Counted from the stretch's first letter, positions 32,409-42,728 are shown. The stretch: DNA of 64,000 nt from Candidatus Latescibacterota bacterium (GCA_965217585.1 OZ244561.1:2272001-2336000), one strand, 5' to 3'. Numbers and translations are program-made. The notes: generated from the sequence alone by a model not told the origin.

Positions 32409-34767
32409 GGTGCCAAAATTCGGCCAGCGACTGGGCGATATGGGCTGGGTTGCGGACGGAATGCACCGGGTGCCAAGAGGAGGGAAAGAGCTGGCGGTAG
32501 CGGCTTTGCGCAAAGCGGCGATCGACGAGGAGGATCGCGCCGCGGTCGCTCGCGGTGCGGATGACGCGACCGGCGGCCTGTAACACGCGGTTCATGCCCG
32601 GATAGACGTAGGCGTACGCAAAGCCGGGAATCTCGCGCTCGTCGAAATAGTGGCGGATCAGGTCGCGCTCCAAGCACAGTTGCGGCAGCCCAACGCCAAC
32701 GACCACTGCACCGACCAGTCGCTCGCCGACTAAATCGATCCCCTCGCCAAAGACGCCGCCCATTACCGCGAAACCCACTATGTGCTGCGCGGGCTGTAAT
32801 GGCTCCGCGTCGAAGACGGAGAGGAATGCCTCGCGCTGGTGGTCGGACATGCCGCTTTCTTGGACGAGGAGGTCGATGCTCGGGTGCGCTTCGGCAAAGC
32901 GCGTGGCTACCTCCTCCATGTATTTGTACGAAGGGAAAAAGGCGAGGTAATTGCCCGCGCGCTGGCTGACGAGGGCGGCGATGGACTCGGCGATGTCGTC
33001 GTAGCTCTCGCCGCGCTTTTTGTACGTCGTCTCAATGTGGTCGGCCAGCAGCAGGCGCAGGTGCTCGGGCGGGAAAGGCGAGCCAAGGCTCAACAAGGTA
33101 TCCCCTTCCTCGCCACCGAGCAGGTCGCGGAAGTACGCCAGCGGCGAGAGCGTGGCCGAGAAGAACACGGCCGCGCAGCCGCGCCCTAGGGCTTGGCGGA
33201 TATTGGGCGCTGGGTCGAGACAGAACAGCCGGAAGCGAATGTCCCGACCCTGTTTTTCGGTGTACGTGGTGTAGTGTTCGTCGAAAAGCTCGCCGATGCG
33301 CTCAAAGCCCAGTGCCCGGAAGTAGCACTCGATCAATTCGTCCCAAAAGGGCAAGGCCGCGCCCTGCTCTAGTACCTTCTCGGCGGCGCGAAGGACGTTG
33401 TGGACCAGCGCCATCAGATCCGTCGGCAACTGCGGGCTGATCCAGCACTCGCCGTCGCCTTCCTGCTCAACCTTCTTGCCGAGTTTGGCAAAGTAGCGGT
33501 TGAGGGCGTCGAGTTGCTTGCTCAGGTCGGGATGCGTCTTGCCGACTAAGCGCTTTAGTCCTGAGATCTCGGTTTTGCAGAGATCGGCCGAAAACATCTC
33601 GCGCGCCCGATCGACGAGATTGTGTGCCTCGTCAATCAGGAAGGCGTATTGTCCGCTGACGTCTTGGAAGAAGCGCTTGAGGAAGGCGCGCGGATCGAAG
33701 ACGTAGTTGTAATCGCAGATGATGACGTCGGTCCACGGCGCGAGATCGAGCGAGAACTCAAAAGGGCAGACGCGATGCTTTTGCGCGCATTCCTCGACGA
33801 GAGAACGGGTGAAGGCGTCGTGGGTGAAGATGTCTTCAAGCGCGTCGTTGATGCGGTCGTAGTAGCCGCGGGCAAACTCGCATTGGTCGGGATCGCAGGT
33901 GCTGCCGCCGTTGGGTTTGAAGCAGATTTTGTCGCGGGCCGTCAGCGTCAGGCTCTTGAGACGCGCGCCTCCCCCGCGCAGGTCGTCAAGGGCCTTTTCG
34001 GCGATTCTGCGTCCGCTGGTCTTGGCCGTCAGGTAGAAGATTTTTTCGGCATGACCCAAGCCGAGGGCCTTGGCGGCTGGGAACAGGGTCGAGATGGTCT
34101 TGCCGATGCCGGTGGGTGCTTGGGCAAAAGCCCGACCGCGGGCGTCGATGGTGCGGTAGGTGACCACGGCCAGATCGCGCTGGCCGGGCCGGTACTCGGC
34201 AAAGGGAAATTCGAGCGCCTCCAGCGAAAGGTCGCGCTCGGCGCACCACTGGTGATAGATTCGCGCCCAATGCAGGTAGCGCTCGATGAGATCGGAGCAA
34301 AACGCCGCCAGTTCGTCGCACGCAAAGGTGCGGCGGTCCTCGCGGCGCTCATGGGTATCTAATTGCAGGTAGGTTAGCTGGATGTCGATGGCGTCGAGGC
34401 CACTTTGCTCGGCGACCATAAAGGCGTAGAGCTTGGCCTGTGCCCAGTGCGCCGGGTTGTCGGGAGCGATCTCGTCGAGGTCGGCCTCGGTGGTCTTGAT
34501 TTCCTCGATGAGCACGGCGTCGTCTTCGACGAGCAGGCCGTCGATGCGACCGCTTATTTCGAGGGTGATCTCGTCGGTCTCGACTAGGTAGGAGATGGGT
34601 ACTTCCGCCTGATAGTCGGCGGGGCGGGCGCGCTGGACTTGCTGGTGGCCGCGCGTGCCTTCCACTAGGCGGTCGGGGCGGGAAAAGCCGCCGGACACTA
34701 GATCGCCGGAGCGCAGCACGAAGCCGATAAGTTCGCGGACCGAGGTTTTGAGCAGACGCGGGGGCAT
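32389..34767 (-). CDS. DinG/Rad3-family Fe-S DNA helicase with N-terminal PD-(D/E)XK nuclease domain
   Basis: N-terminal GRIDG..EEIKT..AQAKLY; Q motif RPGQ, APTGIGKT, Fe-S cysteines, DEAHNL, QAAGRVIR. Confidence 0.9.
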   Translation of the reverse strand: MPPRLLKTSVRELIGFVLRSGDLVSGGFSRPDRLVEGTRGHQQVQRARPADYQAEVPISYLVETDEITLEISGRIDGLLVEDDAVLIEEIKTTEADLDEIAPDNPAHWAQAKLYAFMVAEQSGLDAIDIQLTYLQLDTHERREDRRTFACDELAAFCSDLIERYLHWARIYHQWCAERDLSLEALEFPFAEYRPGQRDLAVVTYRTIDARGRAFAQAPTGIGKTISTLFPAAKALGLGHAEKIFYLTAKTSGRRIAEKALDDLRGGGARLKSLTLTARDKICFKPNGGSTCDPDQCEFARGYYDRINDALEDIFTHDAFTRSLVEECAQKHRVCPFEFSLDLAPWTDVIICDYNYVFDPRAFLKRFFQDVSGQYAFLIDEAHNLVDRAREMFSADLCKTEISGLKRLVGKTHPDLSKQLDALNRYFAKLGKKVEQEGDGECWISPQLPTDLMALVHNVLRAAEKVLEQGAALPFWDELIECYFRALGFERIGELFDEHYTTYTEKQGRDIRFRLFCLDPAPNIRQALGRGCAAVFFSATLSPLAYFRDLLGGEEGDTLLSLGSPFPPEHLRLLLADHIETTYKKRGESYDDIAESIAALVSQRAGNYLAFFPSYKYMEEVATRFAEAHPSIDLLVQESGMSDHQREAFLSVFDAEPLQPAQHIVGFAVMGGVFGEGIDLVGERLVGAVVVGVGLPQLCLERDLIRHYFDEREIPGFAYAYVYPGMNRVLQAAGRVIRTASDRGAILLVDRRFAQSRYRQLFPSSWHPVHSVRNPAHIAQSLAEFWHHDPTHT

Positions 34768-34815
34768 GGTGTATAATATAGGGTGCTATAGCAATCCTAC
34801 ATCATTTACAAGGTG

Positions 34816-34864
34816 ATCCGCAGATGGACGCAGATAGACGCAGATAGACGCAGATAGACGCAGA
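34816..34864. repeat. Decamer tandem repeat (acgcagatag), about 5 units
   Basis: atccgcagatgg acgcagatag acgcagatag acgcagatag acgcaga in the divergent intergenic region. Confidence 0.9.
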
Positions 34865-34956
34865 ATAGGATGTACAAGACGATCCACTGCTCGGATCGTT
34901 CAAATCATGCCGCATTGCTATATCAGGCACTTGCATTCTCACAGGAGGAGATGATG

Positions 34957-35829
34957 ATGAGTCAATCTGTAGTCTTGGGCGTCATCGGTGGGTCGGGGTT
35001 GTACCATATAGAAGGGATCGAAACGGTCGCCGAGCACCGGCTAGACACGCCCTTTGGCGCGCCCGCGGACGCCATTGTCGAGGCGCGAATCAGCGGGCAC
35101 ACGGTGCATTTCCTGCCGCGACATGGCCGGGGGCATCGGCTGCTGCCGACCGAAGTGCCCGCTCGCGCCAATATCCACGCGCTCAAGCAACTTGGTGTGA
35201 ACCACGTTTTGGCCATCAGTGCCTGTGGGATCATGCAGGAGGCGATTCGGCCTGGGGATATGATCGTGCCCGACCAAATTTTCGACCGCACGCGCGGACA
35301 ACGCCCATCGACGTTCTTCGGCGACGGGATCGCCGGACATGTGATGTTTGCCGACCCGTTCTGTGAGACATTGCGGGGCGTGGTCATTGCTGCGGCTCAA
35401 GCGGCGGGTGCCAACGTCCACGAGGGTGGCACCTACCTCTGCATGGAGGGACCGGCCTTTTCCACCCGCGCTGAGTCGCATTTCTACCGCAACGCCGTGG
35501 GCGCGGCCGTGATCGGCATGACCGCCCTGCCCGAGGCTAAGCTGGCGCGCGAAGCGGAAATGTGCTATGCGTTGCTGGCGACGGGTACCGACTACGACTG
35601 CTGGCACGAGGAGGAGGAGGACGTGACCGTTGATCAAGTGTTAGCGGTGCTACGGGCCAACAGCACCTTGGCCAAGCAGATCGTCTCCGAGGTTGCCACG
35701 CGCCTGCCGGCTGAATCCGCTTGCCCTTGTTTGCGCGCCGCCGAACGCGCCATCATCACCGACCCAGCGGCGATTCCTCCAGCGGCGAAGGAGCGGCTGC
35801 GGATGCTCTACGGGAAATATTGGAATTGA
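34957..35829 (+). CDS. mtnP: S-methyl-5'-thioadenosine phosphorylase
   Basis: GVIGGSGLY, LPRHG, MEGPAFSTRAES, IGMT..PEAKLARE, TDYDCWH; AGGAGG RBS. Confidence 0.95.
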   Translation: MSQSVVLGVIGGSGLYHIEGIETVAEHRLDTPFGAPADAIVEARISGHTVHFLPRHGRGHRLLPTEVPARANIHALKQLGVNHVLAISACGIMQEAIRPGDMIVPDQIFDRTRGQRPSTFFGDGIAGHVMFADPFCETLRGVVIAAAQAAGANVHEGGTYLCMEGPAFSTRAESHFYRNAVGAAVIGMTALPEAKLAREAEMCYALLATGTDYDCWHEEEEDVTVDQVLAVLRANSTLAKQIVSEVATRLPAESACPCLRAAERAIITDPAAIPPAAKERLRMLYGKYWN

Positions 35830-35861
35830 CCGCTTCTAAGAGCGGCGAAAGGACGAATGAC

Positions 35862-36914
35862 ATGGCTACGGTGAAAGTGAATTGGACGAGAAAAATCTTC
35901 GGCGGCGGTCGCGGCTGGCACGTCGGCAGCTTGGTGCGCTGGAAGGGCGCGTATCACGTATGCTTTGTCGGTGGCAGTGGCCACGGCAGCGGCGATTCGC
36001 AAATCCGCGTCTGCTCGTCTGCAGATCTGGAGACTTGGACCAGCCAAATCGCCCTAGGCGCGAAGACCATCGACCCGAACCTGCTGCCCGTGGGCGACCG
36101 GCTCTTGGTGTACGGAGTGCGCCTCAGCCGCGAAGAAGCCGCAGGGGAAGCAGAGCCTGAGTACGGCTTCACATCGCAGCAAATAGTCGCCGCGACGACC
36201 GACGGGAAGGTTTGGAGTCCGCCCCGGCGCTGCTTTGTGATGAATCACGACTTCTGGCATCCGGTGGAGCACGAGGGCCGCTATTGGGTCGCTTGCGACA
36301 CGGTCGGCCACACCCCCCACGCCAGCCACAATTCGGTCGATTTGCTCGTTTCCGACGACGGGGAACGCTGGCAGTGGGTCAGCGAAATCATCCACGGTAC
36401 CACGCACCCTGAATACCGCGACACAACCGGCCTCGAATTTGGCGTGCAAGCGCCGAGCGAAACGTCTCTTTGCTTTGGGGAAGACCAGCGCCTGTTGGCC
36501 GTCACCCGCGCCCGAGGCTACTGCGCCCTGCTTTCCACCGCACAACCGCCCTACGACCAATGGGAGCGCACCTTGTCGCACGAATCGCGCTGCTACGGCT
36601 CGGCCATAGCCCAAGTAGGCCGCCACATACTCGTCACCGGCCGCAGCTTCAACAACGAAGGGATTCGCGCCACGGCCGACCAATTCAACGAACCCTTCAG
36701 CCCGCACGACCAGACCCAACTCCGCACCGGAGTTTTCCTCTACGAAGACGGCGATATTCAGTTAAAGGCCGTACTGCCCAGCGGCGGCGACACGGGCTAC
36801 GGCGGCATCTTGCCGATGGGCGACGATCACGCGCTCATCGCGTACTACTCGACCTACGAATCGCCCGACGGGGAGTCTTGCGTCTATTTGTCTTCAGTAA
36901 CCATTGAGGATTGA
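35862..36914 (+). CDS. Sialidase/BNR-like beta-propeller hypothetical protein
   Basis: Asp-box-like SADLETW and SDDGERW, plus LPSGGDTGY...IAYYS; paralog of 39200-40174. Confidence 0.6.
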   Translation: MATVKVNWTRKIFGGGRGWHVGSLVRWKGAYHVCFVGGSGHGSGDSQIRVCSSADLETWTSQIALGAKTIDPNLLPVGDRLLVYGVRLSREEAAGEAEPEYGFTSQQIVAATTDGKVWSPPRRCFVMNHDFWHPVEHEGRYWVACDTVGHTPHASHNSVDLLVSDDGERWQWVSEIIHGTTHPEYRDTTGLEFGVQAPSETSLCFGEDQRLLAVTRARGYCALLSTAQPPYDQWERTLSHESRCYGSAIAQVGRHILVTGRSFNNEGIRATADQFNEPFSPHDQTQLRTGVFLYEDGDIQLKAVLPSGGDTGYGGILPMGDDHALIAYYSTYESPDGESCVYLSSVTIED

Positions 36915-36930
36915 CCACGGAGATTTGCCC

Positions 36931-38007
36931 ATGGCGGAATGTTTTAGAATAGCGGTCGTCGGCGTCGGCCGGATTGGCGCATTCCACGCCCGCCACGTCC
37001 AAGAGCTGGCCAGCGAGCGGGGCGATTGCGCGTTGACCGCCGTAGTGGACGGCTACGGCGACTTGGCCGCCGAGATCGCGGCCCAACTACAGACAGGCCA
37101 AGAAACGGCGATTGGTGTCTTCAAAGATGTAGAGGAACTGGTCGCGGCTAAGGCAGCCGACGGCGCGTTCATTGCCTCGCGCACTGAAAACCACTACCGC
37201 GATGCGCAGACCTTGATCGACGCGGGCTGGCGCGTTTTGATGGAAAAGCCGCTGACGCACTCGCTGGCCACCGCGCGGGAGTTTGCCGCCTATCTAGACG
37301 CCGACGATTTTCGCCGCACGGCGCTGATGCAGGCTTTTATGCGCCGCTTCGACGCCCCGCTGTTATGGGCCAAAGTCCTGTTGGATCAAGGCGCTATCGG
37401 CGCGCCGTTCAAGATCGTCTCGATCCTCGAAGATCCAGTGCCGCCGCCCGACGGGTACAATAGCTCCGGCCTACTCTCGGATATGGCGGTCCACAATATC
37501 GACGAGATCCTCTGGCTCGGCGGACAGCGGCCCGAGCGGCTGGCTGGCTTTGGTAGTCTGCTTTACAACCAGCAGCACACGGACGTCAAAGAGGATTTCG
37601 ACGATGCCCTCTTACAGATGTACTTTCCCGAGAACTTAATCGGCCAAGTGACGGTGAGCCGCAATCACGTGGCTGGGTATCGCAATGAGACGTGGGTTTA
37701 CGGGACGGAGGGGTTGGTGCATGTGGGGGCCTTTAGTGCCGACTCGCTCTTGGTGGAAGTGGAGGCCTTTGGGCGGCGGGGCTTAATCGAGCGGCGGGAA
37801 TTCGCCCTGCGCGATTACGGCGCAGAAGTGCTGTTTTTTATCGAGCGTTTCGGACCGGCGTACAAGGCCGAGGTGGCCCACTATATCGACCAGTGCCGCG
37901 CTGGAGCGCCCTTTGCCGTTGATCACCGCGATGGGCTGAGGGCGCTGGAGATCGCGATGGTGGGGAGTGGGGCGTTGCAGGGACGTGAGGGAGGCGTAGC
38001 GGTATGA
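36931..38007 (+). CDS. Gfo/Idh/MocA oxidoreductase (inositol-dehydrogenase-like)
   Basis: GVGRIG, MEKPL, FMRRFD and DMAVHNID motifs. Confidence 0.9.
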   Translation: MAECFRIAVVGVGRIGAFHARHVQELASERGDCALTAVVDGYGDLAAEIAAQLQTGQETAIGVFKDVEELVAAKAADGAFIASRTENHYRDAQTLIDAGWRVLMEKPLTHSLATAREFAAYLDADDFRRTALMQAFMRRFDAPLLWAKVLLDQGAIGAPFKIVSILEDPVPPPDGYNSSGLLSDMAVHNIDEILWLGGQRPERLAGFGSLLYNQQHTDVKEDFDDALLQMYFPENLIGQVTVSRNHVAGYRNETWVYGTEGLVHVGAFSADSLLVEVEAFGRRGLIERREFALRDYGAEVLFFIERFGPAYKAEVAHYIDQCRAGAPFAVDHRDGLRALEIAMVGSGALQGREGGVAV

Positions 38008-39164
38008 AAGTCACGAGGATCGAGACCCTGCGGGCCAGCCGCTTTATCTACGTGCGGGTGCACACTGACGAGGGCATAGCGGGGGTCGGCGAGTTGCACC
38101 CCGCAAGCGGTACCAGCGGCACGCCGTTTGCGCCCATTGCGGCGGTGGAGTACTGCGCCGAGTACCTAATCGGCAAGGATCCCCTCCACATTGAGCGCAA
38201 CTGGCAGCATCTGTTCCGCCGCTGCGTGTTTCGCGGCGGCGCAGACACTATGGCTGCGATCGGTGCAATCGACATGGCGCTGTGGGACATCAAGGGCAAG
38301 GTAGCCGAGTTACCCGTTCATTCGCTGCTGGGCGGTCCCACGCGGGAGCGCGTACGCGTGTACTCCCATCTGCAGGGCGACTCCCCGGCGGAGTTGGCCG
38401 AAGACGCCCGGCGCATGGTCGAGGGCGGCTACACAGCCCTGCGTCTCTATCCGTTCGGCGCCTTTGCGTCCGGCGAGGGCACAAGCCTAGAGCAACTGTC
38501 GTTTCGCGGCATGGCTAAGCACGCCGCGGCTACCTTGCAGGCGGTGCGCGACGCCGTGGGCGACGAGATCGATCTCATGGTCGATGTAGTCAACCGCCTC
38601 ACGCCGCCGGAGGCCATTGAGGTGGCCAAGGCGCTTGAGCCCTATGGCCTGTTTTTTTTCGAGGACCCTATCGAGCCTGAAAACATGGATGCGTGGGGCC
38701 ATGTCGCGGCCAATATGCCGGTGCCAGTGGCCATGGGCGAGCGGCTCTACACCACCTACCAGTTCCGCGAGTTGCTGGCCCACAAGGGGGCTTCGTACCT
38801 CCGGCCGGACTTGTCGCTCGCCGGTGGAATCACGAATTGCAAAAAGATCGCGGCGCTGGCCGAAGCAAGTTACGTGGGCGTTGCCCCGCACAACCCGCTG
38901 AGTTGCGTCCTGACCGCGGCGTGCGTGCAACTCGACGCCGCCATCCACAACGTCGCCATTCAGGAGTACCCGAGGGACGAGTACGATGCCCCGAAACGAG
39001 ATCTGGTCGAGATGCCACTGCGGTGCGAGGGCGGTTTCCTGATTGTTCCGCAGACTCCCGGCATTGGGATTGAACTGAACGACGAAGCGTTCCCGCACTA
39101 TCCGCCTGTGCCCTATACCCGGGCGCCGGTGATTGGACCCGACGGCGCCCTGCGAGACTACTGA
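38004..39164 (+). CDS. Galactonate-dehydratase-like enolase (MR/MLE family)
   Basis: IDMALWDIKGK, LLGGPTR, FFEDP, MGERL, RPD, APHNP. Confidence 0.9.
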   Translation: MKVTRIETLRASRFIYVRVHTDEGIAGVGELHPASGTSGTPFAPIAAVEYCAEYLIGKDPLHIERNWQHLFRRCVFRGGADTMAAIGAIDMALWDIKGKVAELPVHSLLGGPTRERVRVYSHLQGDSPAELAEDARRMVEGGYTALRLYPFGAFASGEGTSLEQLSFRGMAKHAAATLQAVRDAVGDEIDLMVDVVNRLTPPEAIEVAKALEPYGLFFFEDPIEPENMDAWGHVAANMPVPVAMGERLYTTYQFRELLAHKGASYLRPDLSLAGGITNCKKIAALAEASYVGVAPHNPLSCVLTAACVQLDAAIHNVAIQEYPRDEYDAPKRDLVEMPLRCEGGFLIVPQTPGIGIELNDEAFPHYPPVPYTRAPVIGPDGALRDY

Positions 39165-39199
39165 TTAAAGCACCTCTGAACGCGGTCTCAGGCAGACTA

Positions 39200-40174
39200 C
39201 TAGCGCATTGTCAGTTCGGCGAGGTAGATGGCTGTGCTGCCTTCATGGCTCGAGTAATAAGACAACAGTCCTCGTTCTGCACTCAGCGCCACAAACCCAG
39301 GATAAGAGCAGTCGCCACCGCTCGGCAGCTCTGCTGCTTCGTGCAGCGCGTCTTCGTGCAGCCAGTAGAGCGAGGTCGCCGCGGTGTCGTCTGCCTTGCG
39401 TTTGCGCCCTCCTACGAGGCAGCGGTCGCCCCAGCGCGCCAGCAAGGGGCCGCCGACATTGCGGTCGAGGGATACGGATGTCCAGACCGTCCAAGGGGGT
39501 GCCGAGCGGCAGATGCGAGCCTGCGCTTCGCCGCCGCCGCGAACCAGCGCCACCGCAGAATCATCTGCGTCGAACAGGAACGCGGTTTCATCGCCGAAAT
39601 CCCCGACGAAGAGAGACCGGAAAGACCACACTAGGCCGTCAGCACTTTCGAGCATCGCCGCCTCGATCGACTCGGGCTCCTGCTCGTCCGCTATGCCGGA
39701 CGCGTACGCGCGCCGCCGCCGGCCGCACAAGAACGCGCGGTCGCCGTGCGCGGCCGCCCGCCAGATGTAATGGCCGTACGTGCCCTCCATCTGCGTCGGT
39801 CCGCTCCACTTGGATCCGTCCGCGGTCCACGCAGCGTACCCGAGATGTTCGTTGAGGTTCAGGGGGAGGCCCGCCTCCGGCAGCAGCCAGGTACCGGTGT
39901 AGACGAACAACGATCCCTTGAAGACGAGGAAGTGGGGGTCGCGCGTGTCGCGACCTGGGACGCAAAAGGTGAATGCCTCTGACCAACGGCGACCGTCGTC
40001 GCTTTTGAGGACGACGACCCAGGCGGAACTCGAGATGCCGTGGCCGTCGGGAGAGCTCCGGAAGGTCAGGTAAAATCTGCCTGCGTAGGAGCAGAGATCT
40101 GTGAAGGCGTTGTGGTTGGCATCCTTGCGAGCGGTTGTTAAGGTTTCGACCTGAATGGTCGGCAAATGAGACAT
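39200..40174 (-). CDS. Sialidase/BNR-like beta-propeller hypothetical protein
   Basis: HNAFTDL, SDDGRRW, RDPH, LPSGGDCSYPG, SYYSSHEG. Confidence 0.65.
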   Translation of the reverse strand: MSHLPTIQVETLTTARKDANHNAFTDLCSYAGRFYLTFRSSPDGHGISSSAWVVVLKSDDGRRWSEAFTFCVPGRDTRDPHFLVFKGSLFVYTGTWLLPEAGLPLNLNEHLGYAAWTADGSKWSGPTQMEGTYGHYIWRAAAHGDRAFLCGRRRRAYASGIADEQEPESIEAAMLESADGLVWSFRSLFVGDFGDETAFLFDADDSAVALVRGGGEAQARICRSAPPWTVWTSVSLDRNVGGPLLARWGDRCLVGGRKRKADDTAATSLYWLHEDALHEAAELPSGGDCSYPGFVALSAERGLLSYYSSHEGSTAIYLAELTMR

Positions 40175-40214
40175 TGTCGTTGTGCCTTTCTCGGGAGCGG
40201 TGGTAGAGAGCTTC

Positions 40215-41360
40215 TCAGGCGCCCCCCTCGACTTGGCGCGCCATCTGCGCCATATAGGCGGCTCGACCCATGAGGTCTTTCTTGTAGTTCCAGCGCATCT
40301 TTTCCGGGTACATCACTAGGGAGCGGTCCGCCAAGGGCAGGGACACCCGGGCGCCGCCCTGCCGGTGCGATTGGCGCAGGGCCACGGCCAACTCCAGGGC
40401 ATGGCGCAAATCGTCGCCGCTGGTGATTGCCAAGTCTCCGCCTTCTTCGAGGACGCGGACGATATCCTCGACAATGGCCCGCATCACCGGCCCGGGATCC
40501 TGCCAGCCCTCGTCGTCGTACCCCCTCTCCTCCTCGGTGTATTGCTCGAACACCCCTTCCACCTCGACCAAAGGGGCCCCTCGACCGCTGTGCTTGAACA
40601 GGCGCAAACCGAGGGCCGTATTGTTCCAATTGCAGATCAGCCCCTCGCTGCCCACCACCTCGAGGCCGCGCCAGGTCGGGCCCGGGAAGCTGCTGAAGCA
40701 CTCTATGCCATTGCCAAAGCGAATGTACCCGCCCACGCCGCCGAAACCAGTGGCTCCTTCCTCGTAGGGTTCCTCGTGATCGCTATGGGGATCGCCCTCG
40801 ACCCGGCCGACGACCCACTCCGCCGGCACCTTGGCGGCGAACTTGCGCGCCAAGTTCAAACCGTGGCAGCCACCTTGGCCGTTGCCGCCGTACAGATTGA
40901 TGCGCTGCACTTGGCCAATCGCCCCCCCCGCGGCCAACTCGTAGGCCCGGCGGTAGTCTGGATGGCTCGACACCATGACGCCCGAGGCCAGATACACGCC
41001 CCGCCGCTGGCAGCTCTCCACCATGCGGTCGGCTGCGGACAGCCGGGCCGTCAGCGGTTTTTCGCAAAAGATGGCCTTGACCCCGGCCTGGGCCGCGGCC
41101 ACCACTGCTCCGGCGTTGGCTCCCACCGGCAGCACTGGCATGGCGATATCGATCGACTCGCGTGCCAACATCTCCTCGTAGGTGGCGTAGCCGGGCACCC
41201 CGAAGCGGCGGCAACCCAGCGCCAGATTTTCCGCATCCGTATCGGCAATGGCCACCACCTTGCACAAGGGGTGCACATCAAAGGCCCGGGCCCGGCTGGT
41301 GCCGGCCCGTCCGCAGCCAATGACGCCGACCCGGTATTTCGCTTTTCGCTTTTCTTTCAT
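40215..41360 (-). CDS. Gfo/Idh/MocA oxidoreductase
   Basis: GVIGCGRAG and IFCEKPL motifs. Confidence 0.88.
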   Translation of the reverse strand: MKEKRKAKYRVGVIGCGRAGTSRARAFDVHPLCKVVAIADTDAENLALGCRRFGVPGYATYEEMLARESIDIAMPVLPVGANAGAVVAAAQAGVKAIFCEKPLTARLSAADRMVESCQRRGVYLASGVMVSSHPDYRRAYELAAGGAIGQVQRINLYGGNGQGGCHGLNLARKFAAKVPAEWVVGRVEGDPHSDHEEPYEEGATGFGGVGGYIRFGNGIECFSSFPGPTWRGLEVVGSEGLICNWNNTALGLRLFKHSGRGAPLVEVEGVFEQYTEEERGYDDEGWQDPGPVMRAIVEDIVRVLEEGGDLAITSGDDLRHALELAVALRQSHRQGGARVSLPLADRSLVMYPEKMRWNYKKDLMGRAAYMAQMARQVEGGA

Positions 41361-41460
41361 GGAGATCTGTCCCAGTTATTGGATAATAGAATCGGGTTAA
41401 TGATAAGGTTGCAAAGTGTCCTTGCCCAGGCCTGGCGTCGATTGCAGGCATTGGGGGCCA

Positions 41461-42646
41461 TCACTTGGGAAAATAGGGCAGTTCGAGACCGGATATGTGC
41501 TGCAGGATGCGGATCACCTGGGCGCTGTAGCCGTACTCGTTGTCGTACCACACGTACAACACGCAGCGTTTGCCCTGGGTAATGGTCGCTCCCGAATCGA
41601 CGATGCCGCTTCTCTCATTGCCGAGGCGCCCCGCGACCCCGCCGCTCGTGCTTGTGATAGTTGTCGATGAGATTCTGGTCGTTGGTGTAGGAATGGCAGG
41701 TCTCGATGTGGCCGCTGGCGATGCCGTAGCGGTCGTGCACGACCTTGAGCACCGGCACGATGGCATTGGTAGTACAGCTGCCGGCGGAGAGGATCCGTTC
41801 TTCCTCCACAATGCAATCGTCGTTGATGCCGTAGACTATATTGGGGACATCGCCCTTGCCGGGTGCGGTCAGGACGACCTTGGCGACCCCCGGGGCTTGG
41901 AGGTGGCGCTCGAGGCCCTCGCGGTCCCGCCAGACACCGGTGTTGTCGAGCACAATGGCGTTTTCAATGCCGTAGGCGCTGTAATCTACGCCCTCCGGGG
42001 TGTCCGAGTAGAGGACGCGGATCATGTTGCCATTGGCGACGATGGCGTTTTCTTTTTGGTCTATGACGATGGTCCCCTTGAAGGGGCCGTGAATGGAGTC
42101 TCGCCGCAGCAGACTGGCCCGTTTCACCAAGTCGCCCTCCAAGCCCGTGCGCACCACCACGGCCCGCAGCCGCCACTTATCGCCCCCGCCGCTGCGTGCG
42201 ATCAGGATCCGCGCCAGTATGCGTCCGACTCGGCCAAAGCCGTAGAGCACCACGTCCTGCGGCTTGTCCAGCCGCGTCTTGCCGCCATTGATCTCAGCCA
42301 GTTGCTGGCGCACAAAAGCGTCCACATCCATGTTCGCGTTACTTCTGTGGAACTTGGTGGTCAACTTGCCGATATCTATCCGCGTCGGGGCCAGATCCAG
42401 CCGGGACAGGGCCTGGAGGACCACAAAGCTCGAAGACACGGAGAGTTCGTCCTTGATCACCTGGCGAGCAAAGCGATGGGCTTTGAGGATATCAATCGTG
42501 GAGTTGTGCACCAGGGAGCGGCCGTAGATCGTGGTGACCACGCCGTAATCCCGGTAGAGTTTGCCGATGAGCGGGACCATGGACTCGGCGACCTCCTCCC
42601 GCTTGGCCCAATCGGCAAAGTAGCTTTCCATCTTCTGGTCGATCAT
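41461..42646 (-). pseudogene. gap: Glyceraldehyde-3-phosphate dehydrogenase (long N-terminal form), internally deleted and frameshifted
   Basis: LYGFGRVGR, AGSCTTNA and HSYTNDQNL are present. RRGRGAP then runs directly and out of frame into GNERSGIVDS...YVWYDNEYGYS. The TGAAKA...RVPT segment is absent. Confidence 0.9.
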
Positions 42647-42728
42647 CTGTTCAATTCCTTGAGACCGCCACCACGTTGATCCGCCCGACACTGGCGCGGC
42701 GGGTTTATTAGTACATATTGTAAGAAAA

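Noticed and set aside
32389-34767. Type IV CRISPR CasDinG or Cas4
   Set aside because: No csf/cas genes or array are nearby; the context is housekeeping.
40365-42679. Long plus-strand ORFs (405 and 379 aa), and similar long antisense ORFs elsewhere
   Set aside because: They are antisense to well-supported genes, as expected in high-GC DNA.
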